A stretch of DNA of 64,000 nt from Muribaculaceae bacterium (GTDB taxonomy: Bacteria; Bacteroidota; Bacteroidia; Bacteroidales; Muribaculaceae): the NCBI GenBank assembly GCA_022510405.1, contig JAFLTP010000007.1:1343-65342 (forward strand), written 5' to 3'. A model generated the notes under the pieces. That model saw nothing but the letters and a program-made list of their open reading frames with translations, was not told the DNA's origin and made no database searches. The translations under genes were made by a program, and so were the position numbers. Shown in pieces: positions 29,500 to 38,653 of this stretch (the first letter of the stretch is position 1; every line of letters starts with the position of its first letter).

Positions 29500-30297
29500 T
29501 TATTTCAACAGAAAATCATCGGCATCTTTCCAAGTAGGGAACTTGTCACGGAAGTTTTTCAATCTTTGAAGAGAAAGGCCGGCATAAAGCAAACCATCCT
29601 CACTTACATCAACCGCCAAGTCTTTTCCCTTATAATTAAATACATGGGAACTGCCATTATAGTCACCTCCCAAATCATCGATGCCTCTACAGTTAACTCC
29701 ACAAACGTATGCTGAATTTTCCAATGCTCTTGCTTTCAATAAAGTGTCCCAAGTATCAATTCTTGAAACCGGCCAATTAGCAATAGCAATCAATAAATCG
29801 TATTCATTATTACAATTTCGACACCACACCGGAAATCTCAAATCATAACAAACGATCATTGAAATATTCCAGCCTCTATATCTCACAGACAGTCTCTTAC
29901 TACCGGATTTAAAAATCTTATCCTCACCACCCGGAGAGAACAGATGTTTTTTAGCTGAAAAATATTCATCGCCCGAAGATTCCAAGAAGAAAGATCTATT
30001 AAGTAGATTGTTTCCTTCTTTAGCAATCAGACTTCCTGCAATAGCCAAATTATGTTCCTTACTTAGTTTTCTTAACAGATTAAGAGTGGGTCCATCTTTA
30101 GATTCGGCATAATTTGCAATCTGTTTTTGCATTTCGGAAGACGGGAAGCCCGTGGAAAAAGTTTCAGGGAGCACCACAAGATCAGTTTCCGGATGAATTT
30201 TTTCAAAGATTTCTTCCAGAGTGTTAAGATTCTTTTCTTTGTCTCCCCAAAGGATTTCCATTGGAACGAGACATAGTTTCAATTTATTTTCGAGCAT
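29500..30297 (-). CDS. Carbon-nitrogen hydrolase (nitrilase superfamily, omega-amidase YafV-like)
   Basis: The catalytic triad context is LPETF (Glu), K, and ICYDLRFP (Cys). The track start at 30312 is a TTG; the ATG is at 30297. Confidence 0.8.
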   Translation of the reverse strand: MLENKLKLCLVPMEILWGDKEKNLNTLEEIFEKIHPETDLVVLPETFSTGFPSSEMQKQIANYAESKDGPTLNLLRKLSKEHNLAIAGSLIAKEGNNLLNRSFFLESSGDEYFSAKKHLFSPGGEDKIFKSGSKRLSVRYRGWNISMIVCYDLRFPVWCRNCNNEYDLLIAIANWPVSRIDTWDTLLKARALENSAYVCGVNCRGIDDLGGDYNGSSHVFNYKGKDLAVDVSEDGLLYAGLSLQRLKNFRDKFPTWKDADDFLLK

Positions 30298-30304
30298 ATA
30301 GGAG

Positions 30305-30847
30305 TTATGCAATAAATTTATCAGGATATAAAGCTGCTTCTTTAAAGTGAGAATAATATTTTCGAATTTCTACCAAATCCTTGGCATTATCACCTGTAGG
30401 GACGAATTCCTTTTTTATGAGCACCAATTTATTTTTAAAATCGATTACACCAAGTTGAATAGGGACATTAGCATGGAATGCAATCGTCAGGAATCCCGTT
30501 CTCCATTTATCCACCGGGCTTCTTGACCCCTCGGGAGTGACAGCAAGGTTTAAATATTCTGCTTTATTGAAATCATCAATAATCAAAGAGGTAAGGGATT
30601 GAGATGATTCCGTGTTAACCGGGATACCACCCAAAGCCTTCAAAATATATTTAAGAGGGAAGAAAAACCAGAATTTCTTCATTAGAAAATTGGCTTTTCT
30701 TCCCAAAGATCTATAAGCCAAAAGGCCCATAATAAAGTCCCAATTCGAGGTATGAGGCGCTACACAAATCACTGCTTTATTACGGAATGGAATAGTTATA
30801 TCAACTTTCCATCCTGCACATTTAAGTATCAAACCCCAGAGATTCAT
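30305..30847 (-). CDS. 1-acyl-sn-glycerol-3-phosphate acyltransferase-family protein
   Basis: 180 aa with an HTSNWDF (HX4D) motif and PEGSRS. Confidence 0.75.
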   Translation of the reverse strand: MNLWGLILKCAGWKVDITIPFRNKAVICVAPHTSNWDFIMGLLAYRSLGRKANFLMKKFWFFFPLKYILKALGGIPVNTESSQSLTSLIIDDFNKAEYLNLAVTPEGSRSPVDKWRTGFLTIAFHANVPIQLGVIDFKNKLVLIKKEFVPTGDNAKDLVEIRKYYSHFKEAALYPDKFIA

Positions 30848-30862
30848 GAAGCCCCCAAATTT

Positions 30863-31216
30863 TTATTTCGAAGCTTTATTTTCAGCTTTCACTTCCTCAG
30901 GAACCGCAGAGTTAAATTCTTTAACAGCTTCATCGAGTTCCTTGAAAAAGTTTTCATTAATCTTGTTGAAAAGCTGTTTAAAGAAAGCTTTCTTTGCTTT
31001 TGAATAAGCGACGATATTATCGAAAGCTTTTACACCTTTATCAAAAGTGACATCAGCATTAGATTTAGCAGCAGCAACCGCAGAAATCACTTTTTGAACA
31101 GCGTCAGTAACCTTAGCCTTATCAACATTGTCGTAAGATTCAGCAATGTCCACCATTGATGCCAAAGCAGAATCGCCTACACTCTCTACATACTTTTTGT
31201 AATCTCTCTTGTTCAT
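30863..31216 (-). CDS. Hypothetical Lys/Ala-rich all-helical protein
   Basis: 117 aa with no recognisable motif. It is a clean ORF with an ATG start in a co-directional gene string. Confidence 0.4.
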   Translation of the reverse strand: MNKRDYKKYVESVGDSALASMVDIAESYDNVDKAKVTDAVQKVISAVAAAKSNADVTFDKGVKAFDNIVAYSKAKKAFFKQLFNKINENFFKELDEAVKEFNSAVPEEVKAENKASK

Positions 31217-31226
31217 AATTCTTAAA

Positions 31227-31261
31227 ATTTAAGTTTAAAGTTTAAAGTTGAGAGTTTAAAT
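31227..31261. repeat. Short patch of the same heptamer family (5 units: atttaag tttaaag tttaaag ttgagag tttaaat)
   Basis: Begins 11 nt upstream of the ATG at 31216 and uses the same unit as 9433..9537. Confidence 0.7.
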
Positions 31262-31389
31262 CTCCTAAAGGTAATAAAGAAAATATATTTTTACCCTTCA
31301 AATCAGGTTTAAATTCCAAACTTTATCAAATTACTATAATATTATAACCAAAAAACAAGGAATTTTATCGTTAAAGACTAAAAAATTTT

Positions 31390-32883
31390 TTAATCACGAA
31401 TCTCTTTTCTTGCTGCATCAAGGCGTAGCAATATGAAAAGCAATATAGTGAAACCCCATAAAGAAGAACCCCCGTAACTGAAAAAGGGTAGAGGTATACC
31501 AATCACGGGGCACAGACCAATCACCATACCCACATTAATACAGACATGAAAAATCAACAAAGATAAAACGCAATAACAATATACCCTTGAGAAAGTGGAT
31601 TTTTGCCGTTCAGCTATATATATCAATCTAAGTATGAGAATCAAGAAGGCTACCAATACCAACGCAGAACCAATAAATCCTTGTTCCTCGCCTATGGTGC
31701 AGAAGATAAAATCAGTATGTTGTTCAGGAACGTACTTTAATTTTGTCTGAGTTCCATTTAAAAAACCTTTACCTTCGATACCTCCGGAACCGATTGCAAT
31801 TTTAGACTGGTTTACATTATAACCAACACCCCTTAAATCCTCTTCTATGCCCAATAAAACCAAAATCCTTGTTTGCTGATGTGGTTGCAAAATCTTATCA
31901 AAGACATAATTGACAGAAAAGAGGAACCCAACCGATACCAACACGAAACCAATAGAAATTACAAATTTGGTGATATGATGACGAAACATTGCAACTGCAG
32001 TGTAAATAACAGCCGACCCCAGAATTGATAAGAAGTAAATCAAACCGTTGACATTTACCCCGCAAAGTTCCAAAATCAAAACCACTAATCCACTTGCCAG
32101 CATACCTACAGTTACATTCCTGGCAATGAAGAAATCCCGACAATAGAAAATCAACATCAGACAGTAGATAAGGCAAATGCAAGTAAACACGGAAAATTCA
32201 CCTAAAGTCAAACCCATAACAAAGGGCTCCATGAATTTAACGGCCAAGACAAAAAACAAAACGGCCAAAAACATACCACCCAGTACAAAGCCACTCATTC
32301 CTTCTCTATAGAGGACAAAAACCAAGGATAAATAGACCAAAGCACTCCCGGTTTCTTTTTGACAAAGAATGATACATACGGGCAAAAAGATTATTATCAG
32401 GGCACGGAAATAATTACTGGGTTTGGCATTTAAATTGAAATTATAAGAATCAAACAATTTAGCAAGCGCCAAAGCTGTAGCAAATTTTCCAAATTCAGCC
32501 GGTTGGAGACTTACAGGGCCAAATACGAGCCATGAATGTGATCCCTTGATATTAGGCGATAAGAACACCGTCGCTATCAAAACCAAAATAACCACCCCAT
32601 ATATGGGATATGCATAAGCCTCGTATATTCTATAATCCAATAATAGAATAACAAAACCAATTATCAAAGAAAGGCCTATCCAACGGAGTTGCTTCCCGGA
32701 AAATTCGGAAAAGTCAAAAATACTCGCATTGTCGAAATCATAGCTTGCGGCATAAATGCTTATAGCCCCGGCCGTGACGAGCAGCAAGTAAATCAAGACT
32801 GTAACCCAATCAAGATTACGAAAAACTGAAGATTCCGAATCAATGCTTCTTGACACCACTGTTGATAATAGTATTAGCTGCAA
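31390..32883 (-). CDS. rodA: Rod shape-determining protein RodA (SEDS family)
   Basis: FtsW/RodA/SpoVE motifs are present (LQPAEFGK, HTDFIF, GLPLPFFSYGGSS). There is no ATG near the N-terminus; candidate starts are TTG 32883, GTG 32859 and GTG 32856, all overlapping the mrdA 3' end. Confidence 0.9.
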   Translation of the reverse strand: MQLILLSTVVSRSIDSESSVFRNLDWVTVLIYLLLVTAGAISIYAASYDFDNASIFDFSEFSGKQLRWIGLSLIIGFVILLLDYRIYEAYAYPIYGVVILVLIATVFLSPNIKGSHSWLVFGPVSLQPAEFGKFATALALAKLFDSYNFNLNAKPSNYFRALIIIFLPVCIILCQKETGSALVYLSLVFVLYREGMSGFVLGGMFLAVLFFVLAVKFMEPFVMGLTLGEFSVFTCICLIYCLMLIFYCRDFFIARNVTVGMLASGLVVLILELCGVNVNGLIYFLSILGSAVIYTAVAMFRHHITKFVISIGFVLVSVGFLFSVNYVFDKILQPHQQTRILVLLGIEEDLRGVGYNVNQSKIAIGSGGIEGKGFLNGTQTKLKYVPEQHTDFIFCTIGEEQGFIGSALVLVAFLILILRLIYIAERQKSTFSRVYCYCVLSLLIFHVCINVGMVIGLCPVIGIPLPFFSYGGSSLWGFTILLFILLRLDAARKEIRD

Positions 32884-34693
32884 TCATCCTATCCTCGATG
32901 TATTGCCTTTCAGGAGAAATTTCCCCTTTTAAATATTTTTCAATTATGAGACTACCGATAGGTACACCATAAGTGGCACCAAAACCGGCATTTTCCACAA
33001 AAACAGCCACTGCAATCTTAGGGTTGTGATAAGGTGCGAAGCCCATAAATACCGAATGGTCTTTACCATGAGGATTTTGTGCAGTACCTGTTTTACCACA
33101 AACCTCAACACCTGAGAGGTTAGCGAGTCTACACGTACCGCCGGTCACCGCCATTCTCATACCTTCAGCAATAGATTCATAATAGTTCTTATCTATTTTT
33201 GGACCTCTTTTTTCTTTAAATTTGATATCAATTGTAGAATCAGCTATTTCCTTCACCACATGTGGAGTATAGAAATACCCTCTATTTGCTATTGTGGCAC
33301 ATAGATTGGCAATTTGTAATGGTGTAGCCAATACTTCTCCCTGACCAATAGAAACGGATATAACCGAATTGGCACTCCATTTAGGACCTCTGAAAGATTT
33401 AGAATAGAATTCAGAATTGGGAATGAAACCACGACTTTCGTGAGGTAAATCAACCCCCAAACGATATCCATAGCCCATATCAACAAGATAATCTTTCCAT
33501 TTGTTGAGCTGTTCAGCCGGGGTAGTACCTTTTTTATCAATCATATGTTTAAACCCCCAACAAAAATAGCCGTTGCAGGAAGTTTGTAAAGCAGGTTTCA
33601 GAGGAAGAGGAGACCCATGGCCGTGACATCCAACCCTGATACCGTTTAAATAACCATGGTAGCATGGGAAAGCAGTAGCTTCGGTTATGACTCCTTCCTG
33701 TAGAAAAATTAATCCTTGAGTAGGTTTGAAAGTAGAACCGGGAGGATAAGCCCCTTGAATTGAACGATCGTAGAGCGGTTTCAAGGGATCAAGCACCAAG
33801 TCGGCATAATTCTTACCTCTTTCTTTACCCACCAATAGAGAAGGGTCGTAATTTGGAGCAGTTACCAGAGCCAAAATTTCTCCCGTAGAGGGTTCAATTG
33901 CCACTATTGCCCCAATCTTATTTTGCATCAATTCTTCGCCATAGACCTGAAGGTCCATATCTATGGCAAGAGTAAGATTGCGGCCGGATTCCGGTGCAAT
34001 ATCATTAGCACCCTCCTCATACTTTCCCTTAATTCTACCTAAAGCGTCCCTCATAAGAATCTCCATACCTTTCTTCCCACGTAGAGCCACTTCATAACTT
34101 TTTTCTACCCCAAGGTCACCCGTGTAATCACCACGGCGATAATATTCATCCCGTTTAACATCCTCGGCAGAAACCTCACGGATATTACCCAAAATATTAG
34201 CACCGGCGGGATAATTGTATTTTCTTATCGTTCGAGTCTGGATATAGAACCCGGGAAACATATAAAGCTTTTCTTGCAGTCGGCCATAATCCTCAAATGA
34301 TATATGTGACAATAATTTTTGAGGAGTATAAGAAGAGTAACCGGGATTTTTTCTCGGATTCTTCATATCGGCCCAAAGATTAATATATTGTTCCTTGGAT
34401 ATGCCTAAAAGTTCACAAAAAGCTGTGGTATCTATATCATGGACATCCTTAGGTATAAGCATGATATCATAGGCAGGCTGGTTGAACACCAACAATCTGC
34501 CTCCACGATCATAGATTAACCCACGAGCCGGATATATCGTTTTTTTTAAGAACGCATTGCTTTCAGCATTTTGTTTGTATTTATCGTCGGCAACTTGAAG
34601 CGAGAAAAGCCGGATAAGGTAGATTATAACTACCACAGTTATAAAACCACCAATAACAAAACGTCGTTTAGCAAGCTGATAATTTTTTCTCAT
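32840..34693 (-). CDS. mrdA: Penicillin-binding protein 2 (elongasome transpeptidase)
   Basis: 617 aa with the motifs PGSTFKP (SxxK), SCNGYF (SxN) and KTGTAQ (KTG). Confidence 0.95.
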   Translation of the reverse strand: MRKNYQLAKRRFVIGGFITVVVIIYLIRLFSLQVADDKYKQNAESNAFLKKTIYPARGLIYDRGGRLLVFNQPAYDIMLIPKDVHDIDTTAFCELLGISKEQYINLWADMKNPRKNPGYSSYTPQKLLSHISFEDYGRLQEKLYMFPGFYIQTRTIRKYNYPAGANILGNIREVSAEDVKRDEYYRRGDYTGDLGVEKSYEVALRGKKGMEILMRDALGRIKGKYEEGANDIAPESGRNLTLAIDMDLQVYGEELMQNKIGAIVAIEPSTGEILALVTAPNYDPSLLVGKERGKNYADLVLDPLKPLYDRSIQGAYPPGSTFKPTQGLIFLQEGVITEATAFPCYHGYLNGIRVGCHGHGSPLPLKPALQTSCNGYFCWGFKHMIDKKGTTPAEQLNKWKDYLVDMGYGYRLGVDLPHESRGFIPNSEFYSKSFRGPKWSANSVISVSIGQGEVLATPLQIANLCATIANRGYFYTPHVVKEIADSTIDIKFKEKRGPKIDKNYYESIAEGMRMAVTGGTCRLANLSGVEVCGKTGTAQNPHGKDHSVFMGFAPYHNPKIAVAVFVENAGFGATYGVPIGSLIIEKYLKGEISPERQYIEDRMIAANTIINSGVKKH

Positions 34694-35205
34694 GCAATGC
34701 TTTTTACAGGGATTAGGGAATCGGCAGCAAGCAAAATCACAAAAGTAAGGAGGCTACTTGCGGCAGAAAGTATCACTATCCCTTTAACGTCAGCAAAACT
34801 GAAATATTCTATTGTGAAAACGAGCAAACAATAAATCACAACAAATGTGAGCAGATATTTACTGTAATCAAAAAATCCCATTGTAGAAATGCCCGGAGTC
34901 AAACGACGGGTTATATCGTCTTTCGCCATATACGCATAGTAGATTGGGGATCTGAGAGACGCGATCAAAGTGCAAGCCAATGCATTTACACCGGGAGTGT
35001 CAGAAAAAATATCTACAATCAAACCTAAAAGGAACGAAAGAGTAAAAACATAATACAATTTCAAGTTTATAGGCAACCGGATTATGAAATATATGAAAAC
35101 GACGGGGACCGCCACATGAAAAAGGGTGATTCTATTGAAAATCAACACCTGCAATAAAACACATATTATAAAAAGCAATGCGTATCTTAAAATTGTATTA
35201 GTCAT
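34690..35205 (-). CDS. mreD: Rod shape-determining protein MreD
   Basis: 171 aa, polytopic, positioned between mreC and mrdA. Forms an ATGA overlap with mrdA. Confidence 0.8.
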   Translation of the reverse strand: MTNTILRYALLFIICVLLQVLIFNRITLFHVAVPVVFIYFIIRLPINLKLYYVFTLSFLLGLIVDIFSDTPGVNALACTLIASLRSPIYYAYMAKDDITRRLTPGISTMGFFDYSKYLLTFVVIYCLLVFTIEYFSFADVKGIVILSAASSLLTFVILLAADSLIPVKSIA

Positions 35206-35240
35206 GGATGTAATCAGCGTTTGAAACGAGCAACAAATTT

Positions 35241-36080
35241 TTAAGGGAGATCAAATTGACTTAATGAATCGAGACTTTCTTTGAAGTTATCTTTGATAAC
35301 TCTAACAGTTCCCAAAGACTTAAAATCAGGGGTCAATCTCACTTTAAGAATATAAAAATTATCGTCGGCACCCTTTATACGATTCATAATAACTCCTACT
35401 GGAATATCAGCCGGGAAAGATAGGGAGTATCCACTTGTAACAACTGTATCTCCCACCTGATATTTAGTATGTCTTGGCACTTCCTCCATATATGCGATAT
35501 TAGGATCACCTCCTTTCCAGACCAAAGAACCAATATAGTCGGTATTTTTAAGTTTTACAGAGAATCTTTGAGTTTCATTCAAAAGAGAAATTACTCTTGC
35601 TGTATTTTTACCTGTGACATTAACAATACCAACCACACCGTTGTGATCCACCACACCCTGACCTACTCTGACACCGTCGGCACTTCCTCTGTTGATAGAG
35701 AAATAATTTTTAGGATGCCTTATATTGTTGTTAATTACAGTTGCTGCCACATAATCATACCTTACTTTAGAATTATTAAAATCTAAAGAATCGGAGTTGA
35801 GAGTGTGAAGTTCAGCCAACTGATGCCTCAAGTTCAACACTTCATTTTCAAGTCTGGCATTATTCTCTTCCAAATCCCGATTTATCTCTTTTAGATTGAA
35901 ATATCCGGTTAATTCAGAAGTAGCTCCAAAAAGGGAACTTGAAATCGCATTAGCTGAACTGAAGTAGATAGAGGAATGATATGAATTATAGGTAAAGAGA
36001 ATGACACAGCTCAAAATTACATAAACAGCAAAAATGAACCATGAACCAAACCTTATAAAGAAATTCAACAGATTCCTCAT
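35241..36080 (-). CDS. mreC: Rod shape-determining protein MreC
   Basis: 279 aa with an N-terminal TM segment, a coiled coil (LENEVLNLRHQLAEL) and beta-barrel domain motifs (VVTSG....FP.GIPVG). Confidence 0.9.
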   Translation of the reverse strand: MRNLLNFFIRFGSWFIFAVYVILSCVILFTYNSYHSSIYFSSANAISSSLFGATSELTGYFNLKEINRDLEENNARLENEVLNLRHQLAELHTLNSDSLDFNNSKVRYDYVAATVINNNIRHPKNYFSINRGSADGVRVGQGVVDHNGVVGIVNVTGKNTARVISLLNETQRFSVKLKNTDYIGSLVWKGGDPNIAYMEEVPRHTKYQVGDTVVTSGYSLSFPADIPVGVIMNRIKGADDNFYILKVRLTPDFKSLGTVRVIKDNFKESLDSLSQFDLP

Positions 36081-36125
36081 GGGAACTGAATCCTAAGGGA
36101 GCCGAAGAAATTTAATAGCCGAAAC

Positions 36126-37145
36126 TTAACGAATAAGGAATGAGAACTTGTTAATGTTCTTCAAAGCCACACCGGTACCTTTAGCCACAGCATGTAAAGG
36201 ATCGTCCGCGATTTTGAAATCGATCTTCATTTTGTCGCTGAAACGTTTAGCAAGGCCCTTAAGTAAAGCACCACCGCCGGCAAGATAAATACCATTCTTT
36301 ACAATATCGGCATAAAGTTCAGGAGGTGTTTCTTCCAAAGCGGCGAGGATAGCAGCCTCCATACGGGAGATTGTTTTATCAATACAATGAGAAATCTCTT
36401 CATAAGTAACGGGGACTGTCATCGGCAATGAAGTCATCTTGTTAGGACCTGATACAATGAAAGGTTCCGGACCATCCTCTAAAACCGGAAGGGCAGAACC
36501 TACATTTATTTTAATTTTTTCTGCCATAGTTGTGCCCACCTTAAGGTTATGCACACGTCCCATATGGTCTTGAATATCTGCCGTGAGGTCATTTCCGGCA
36601 ATACGAATACTCTTATTGCTGACAATGCCGCCGAGAGAAATAACAGCAATTTCAGTAGATCCGCCCCCTATGTCTACAATCATGTTGCCTTCAGGAGCCT
36701 CGACATCCAATCCGATACCCAGAGCAGCGGCCATAGGTTCATAGATCATATAGACATCACGACCGCCGGCATGTTCGGATGAGTCACGCACAGCACGGAT
36801 TTCCACTTCAGTAGAACCGGAAGGGATACAAACGACCATACGAAGAGAAGGAGAGAACCATCTACGTTTGGAACTGACCATTTTGATAAGGCCTCTGATC
36901 ATCTGTTCAGCTGCATTAAAGTCGGCGATAACACCATCTCTAAGCGGTCTAATAGTACGTATGCCCGGAGGTTCCTTGCCTTCCATTTGATGAGCCTGCG
37001 TGCCTACAGCCAACAGTTTATCTGTTTTATTTTCTATAGCGACAACAGAAGGTTCGTCGACAACAATTTTATCGTTATGTATAATAATGGAGTTAGCAGT
37101 GCCAAGGTCCATGGCTATTTCCTGCGTAAAAGAGAAAAGACCCAT
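36126..37145 (-). CDS. mreB: Actin-like rod shape-determining protein MreB
   Basis: 339 aa with the motifs IAMDLGTANS, DIGGGSTE and GIYLAGGGALL. Confidence 0.97.
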   Translation of the reverse strand: MGLFSFTQEIAMDLGTANSIIIHNDKIVVDEPSVVAIENKTDKLLAVGTQAHQMEGKEPPGIRTIRPLRDGVIADFNAAEQMIRGLIKMVSSKRRWFSPSLRMVVCIPSGSTEVEIRAVRDSSEHAGGRDVYMIYEPMAAALGIGLDVEAPEGNMIVDIGGGSTEIAVISLGGIVSNKSIRIAGNDLTADIQDHMGRVHNLKVGTTMAEKIKINVGSALPVLEDGPEPFIVSGPNKMTSLPMTVPVTYEEISHCIDKTISRMEAAILAALEETPPELYADIVKNGIYLAGGGALLKGLAKRFSDKMKIDFKIADDPLHAVAKGTGVALKNINKFSFLIR

Positions 37146-37208
37146 TTTTTATTATTCTATTGAAATTTAGCAAATTCCCTCAATTTTATGAAAAAGGGAA
37201 TATTTTTG

Positions 37209-37216
37209 CAAAATTA
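37209..37216 (-). promoter_or_regulatory. -7 promoter box (TAATTTTG) for the mreBCD-mrdA-rodA operon
   Basis: Perfect TAnnTTTG on the minus strand, about 64 nt upstream of the mreB ATG and downstream of the terminator at 37250..37286. Confidence 0.5.
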
Positions 37217-37249
37217 CATAAAAAAATTGTTCAATAAATATGCTCTTTG

Positions 37250-37286
37250 ACAAAAAAATAAAAGGGAGAACCATAAAAGTTCTCCC
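37250..37286 (-). terminator. Rho-independent terminator after the TPR gene
   Basis: The minus strand reads gggagaac-ttttatg-gttctccc followed by TTTTATTTTTTTG. Confidence 0.75.
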
Positions 37287-37312
37287 TCAGATAACATGCT
37301 TTTTATCTTAAA

Positions 37313-38518
37313 TTAGTTGAAGAAAGTTGTTACAGCATAATCGATGCTATCAAGGATATTCTGGATGTAAGAATCGCCGGGTTGCATCTCGTTAGCCTGT
37401 TGAGCATATTTTTGAGCCTGGAGGAAGTAATTGTTTTTGATATCTTCACGAGCTGAAGCATCAGCAACAGTGCCTTCGAGAGCATTCAATTTAGCAGTGC
37501 CTACACGATAAAGCTTGTTGCTTGCGTTTTTGAGAGTTTCAAAATCAGCAGTTGGAAGGGAAGCCGCTTTACGATAGTCTGCTTCAGAGAGATCATCATT
37601 TTCAAGACGGTCGTAAACATATCCTCTCAAACCATAAAGATTAGGCATATCGGGATTTTGATCTATAAGTGTATTAAGTTTTGCGATTGCCTCATCAGTT
37701 TTATTTTCACTTACCAAAGAGTTGATAAGATTGTTGATGAATATTTGTTGATCAAGACCGAATTGATCGATACCTGCCTGAGCTGCTTCCATAATATGGT
37801 CTTGGGCTTCATTGATACGGCTTTCATCTTGTTGAGCTATAGTTTGCCAGCAAGCTATTTCATAGATAGTAGCTTCGGGTTGTGCATAACCGGCGAGACG
37901 AGCTTTCTTGAATGCTTCAGCACTTTCCTGGTTTGCACCACCTTGAGAAGCAGCAAGACCTGCATTGAAATAAGAAGTAGCGATTTGTTCTTGATTAACG
38001 ATAGATTGATCGTTAGTGATCAATTTAGTGGGTATGTCACCATAAATCAAGAAGCCCTGGTAAGCCTGAGGATAATATTCCTTATTATTATAATAGTCGG
38101 CACCGATAGTAAAGAAGTCAGATTGATGACCTTTAATCTTATTTAGGATGTCTTTACTATATTTTGGTTTTACTTGCCCCTTTTCGTTGGGAAGAGAGTC
38201 GAGAGGGAGTGCTTTAAGGAAATAATTGTAAGCATTGTACAATTCTTCACCCATCACATCCACTGCAGCAGAAGGATCATCGGGATTGATCATTTTAGTA
38301 GCAGAAGCTTTATCGTAAGCATCAAGTTCGATAATACCTGCTACATAATAGGTCTCAGCTTGTTGATTGTACTGGGGATCATTAATAGCCTGTTGAATAA
38401 GACTACGGGCTTCAGATAAGTCTTTAGACTTCTTAGCCAAAGTCACCGGAGTATTAGGTGCTGCGAAAAGAGGGGCAGCAACTCCGATAGCGAGAATAAG
38501 GGAAACTAATTTTTTCAT
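37313..38518 (-). CDS. Secreted TPR-repeat protein
   Basis: 401 aa with a signal peptide MKKLVSLILAIGVAAPLFA, and helical repeats with Tyr/Ala periodicity typical of TPR. Confidence 0.6.
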   Translation of the reverse strand: MKKLVSLILAIGVAAPLFAAPNTPVTLAKKSKDLSEARSLIQQAINDPQYNQQAETYYVAGIIELDAYDKASATKMINPDDPSAAVDVMGEELYNAYNYFLKALPLDSLPNEKGQVKPKYSKDILNKIKGHQSDFFTIGADYYNNKEYYPQAYQGFLIYGDIPTKLITNDQSIVNQEQIATSYFNAGLAASQGGANQESAEAFKKARLAGYAQPEATIYEIACWQTIAQQDESRINEAQDHIMEAAQAGIDQFGLDQQIFINNLINSLVSENKTDEAIAKLNTLIDQNPDMPNLYGLRGYVYDRLENDDLSEADYRKAASLPTADFETLKNASNKLYRVGTAKLNALEGTVADASAREDIKNNYFLQAQKYAQQANEMQPGDSYIQNILDSIDYAVTTFFN

Positions 38519-38520
38519 GC

Positions 38521-38653
38521 TAAGTTATGTTGTTATTATTGTTGTTGTTGATGTTGTTATTGTTGTTATTGTTGTTATTGTTGTTATTGTTGTTGGTGTT
38601 TTTGTTGTTTTTGATGTTTTTGGGGTTATTGATGTTATTTTGAATGAGATTAT
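38521..38653. repeat. 133-nt C-free (+ strand) G/T tract with a (TGTTGTTAT)n core; a G-free A/C-rich spacer on the sense strand
   Basis: There is no C between 38521 and 38653. The tract fills the entire gyrA-stop to TPR-ATG spacer and no TAnnTTTG box is possible within it. Confidence 0.9.
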
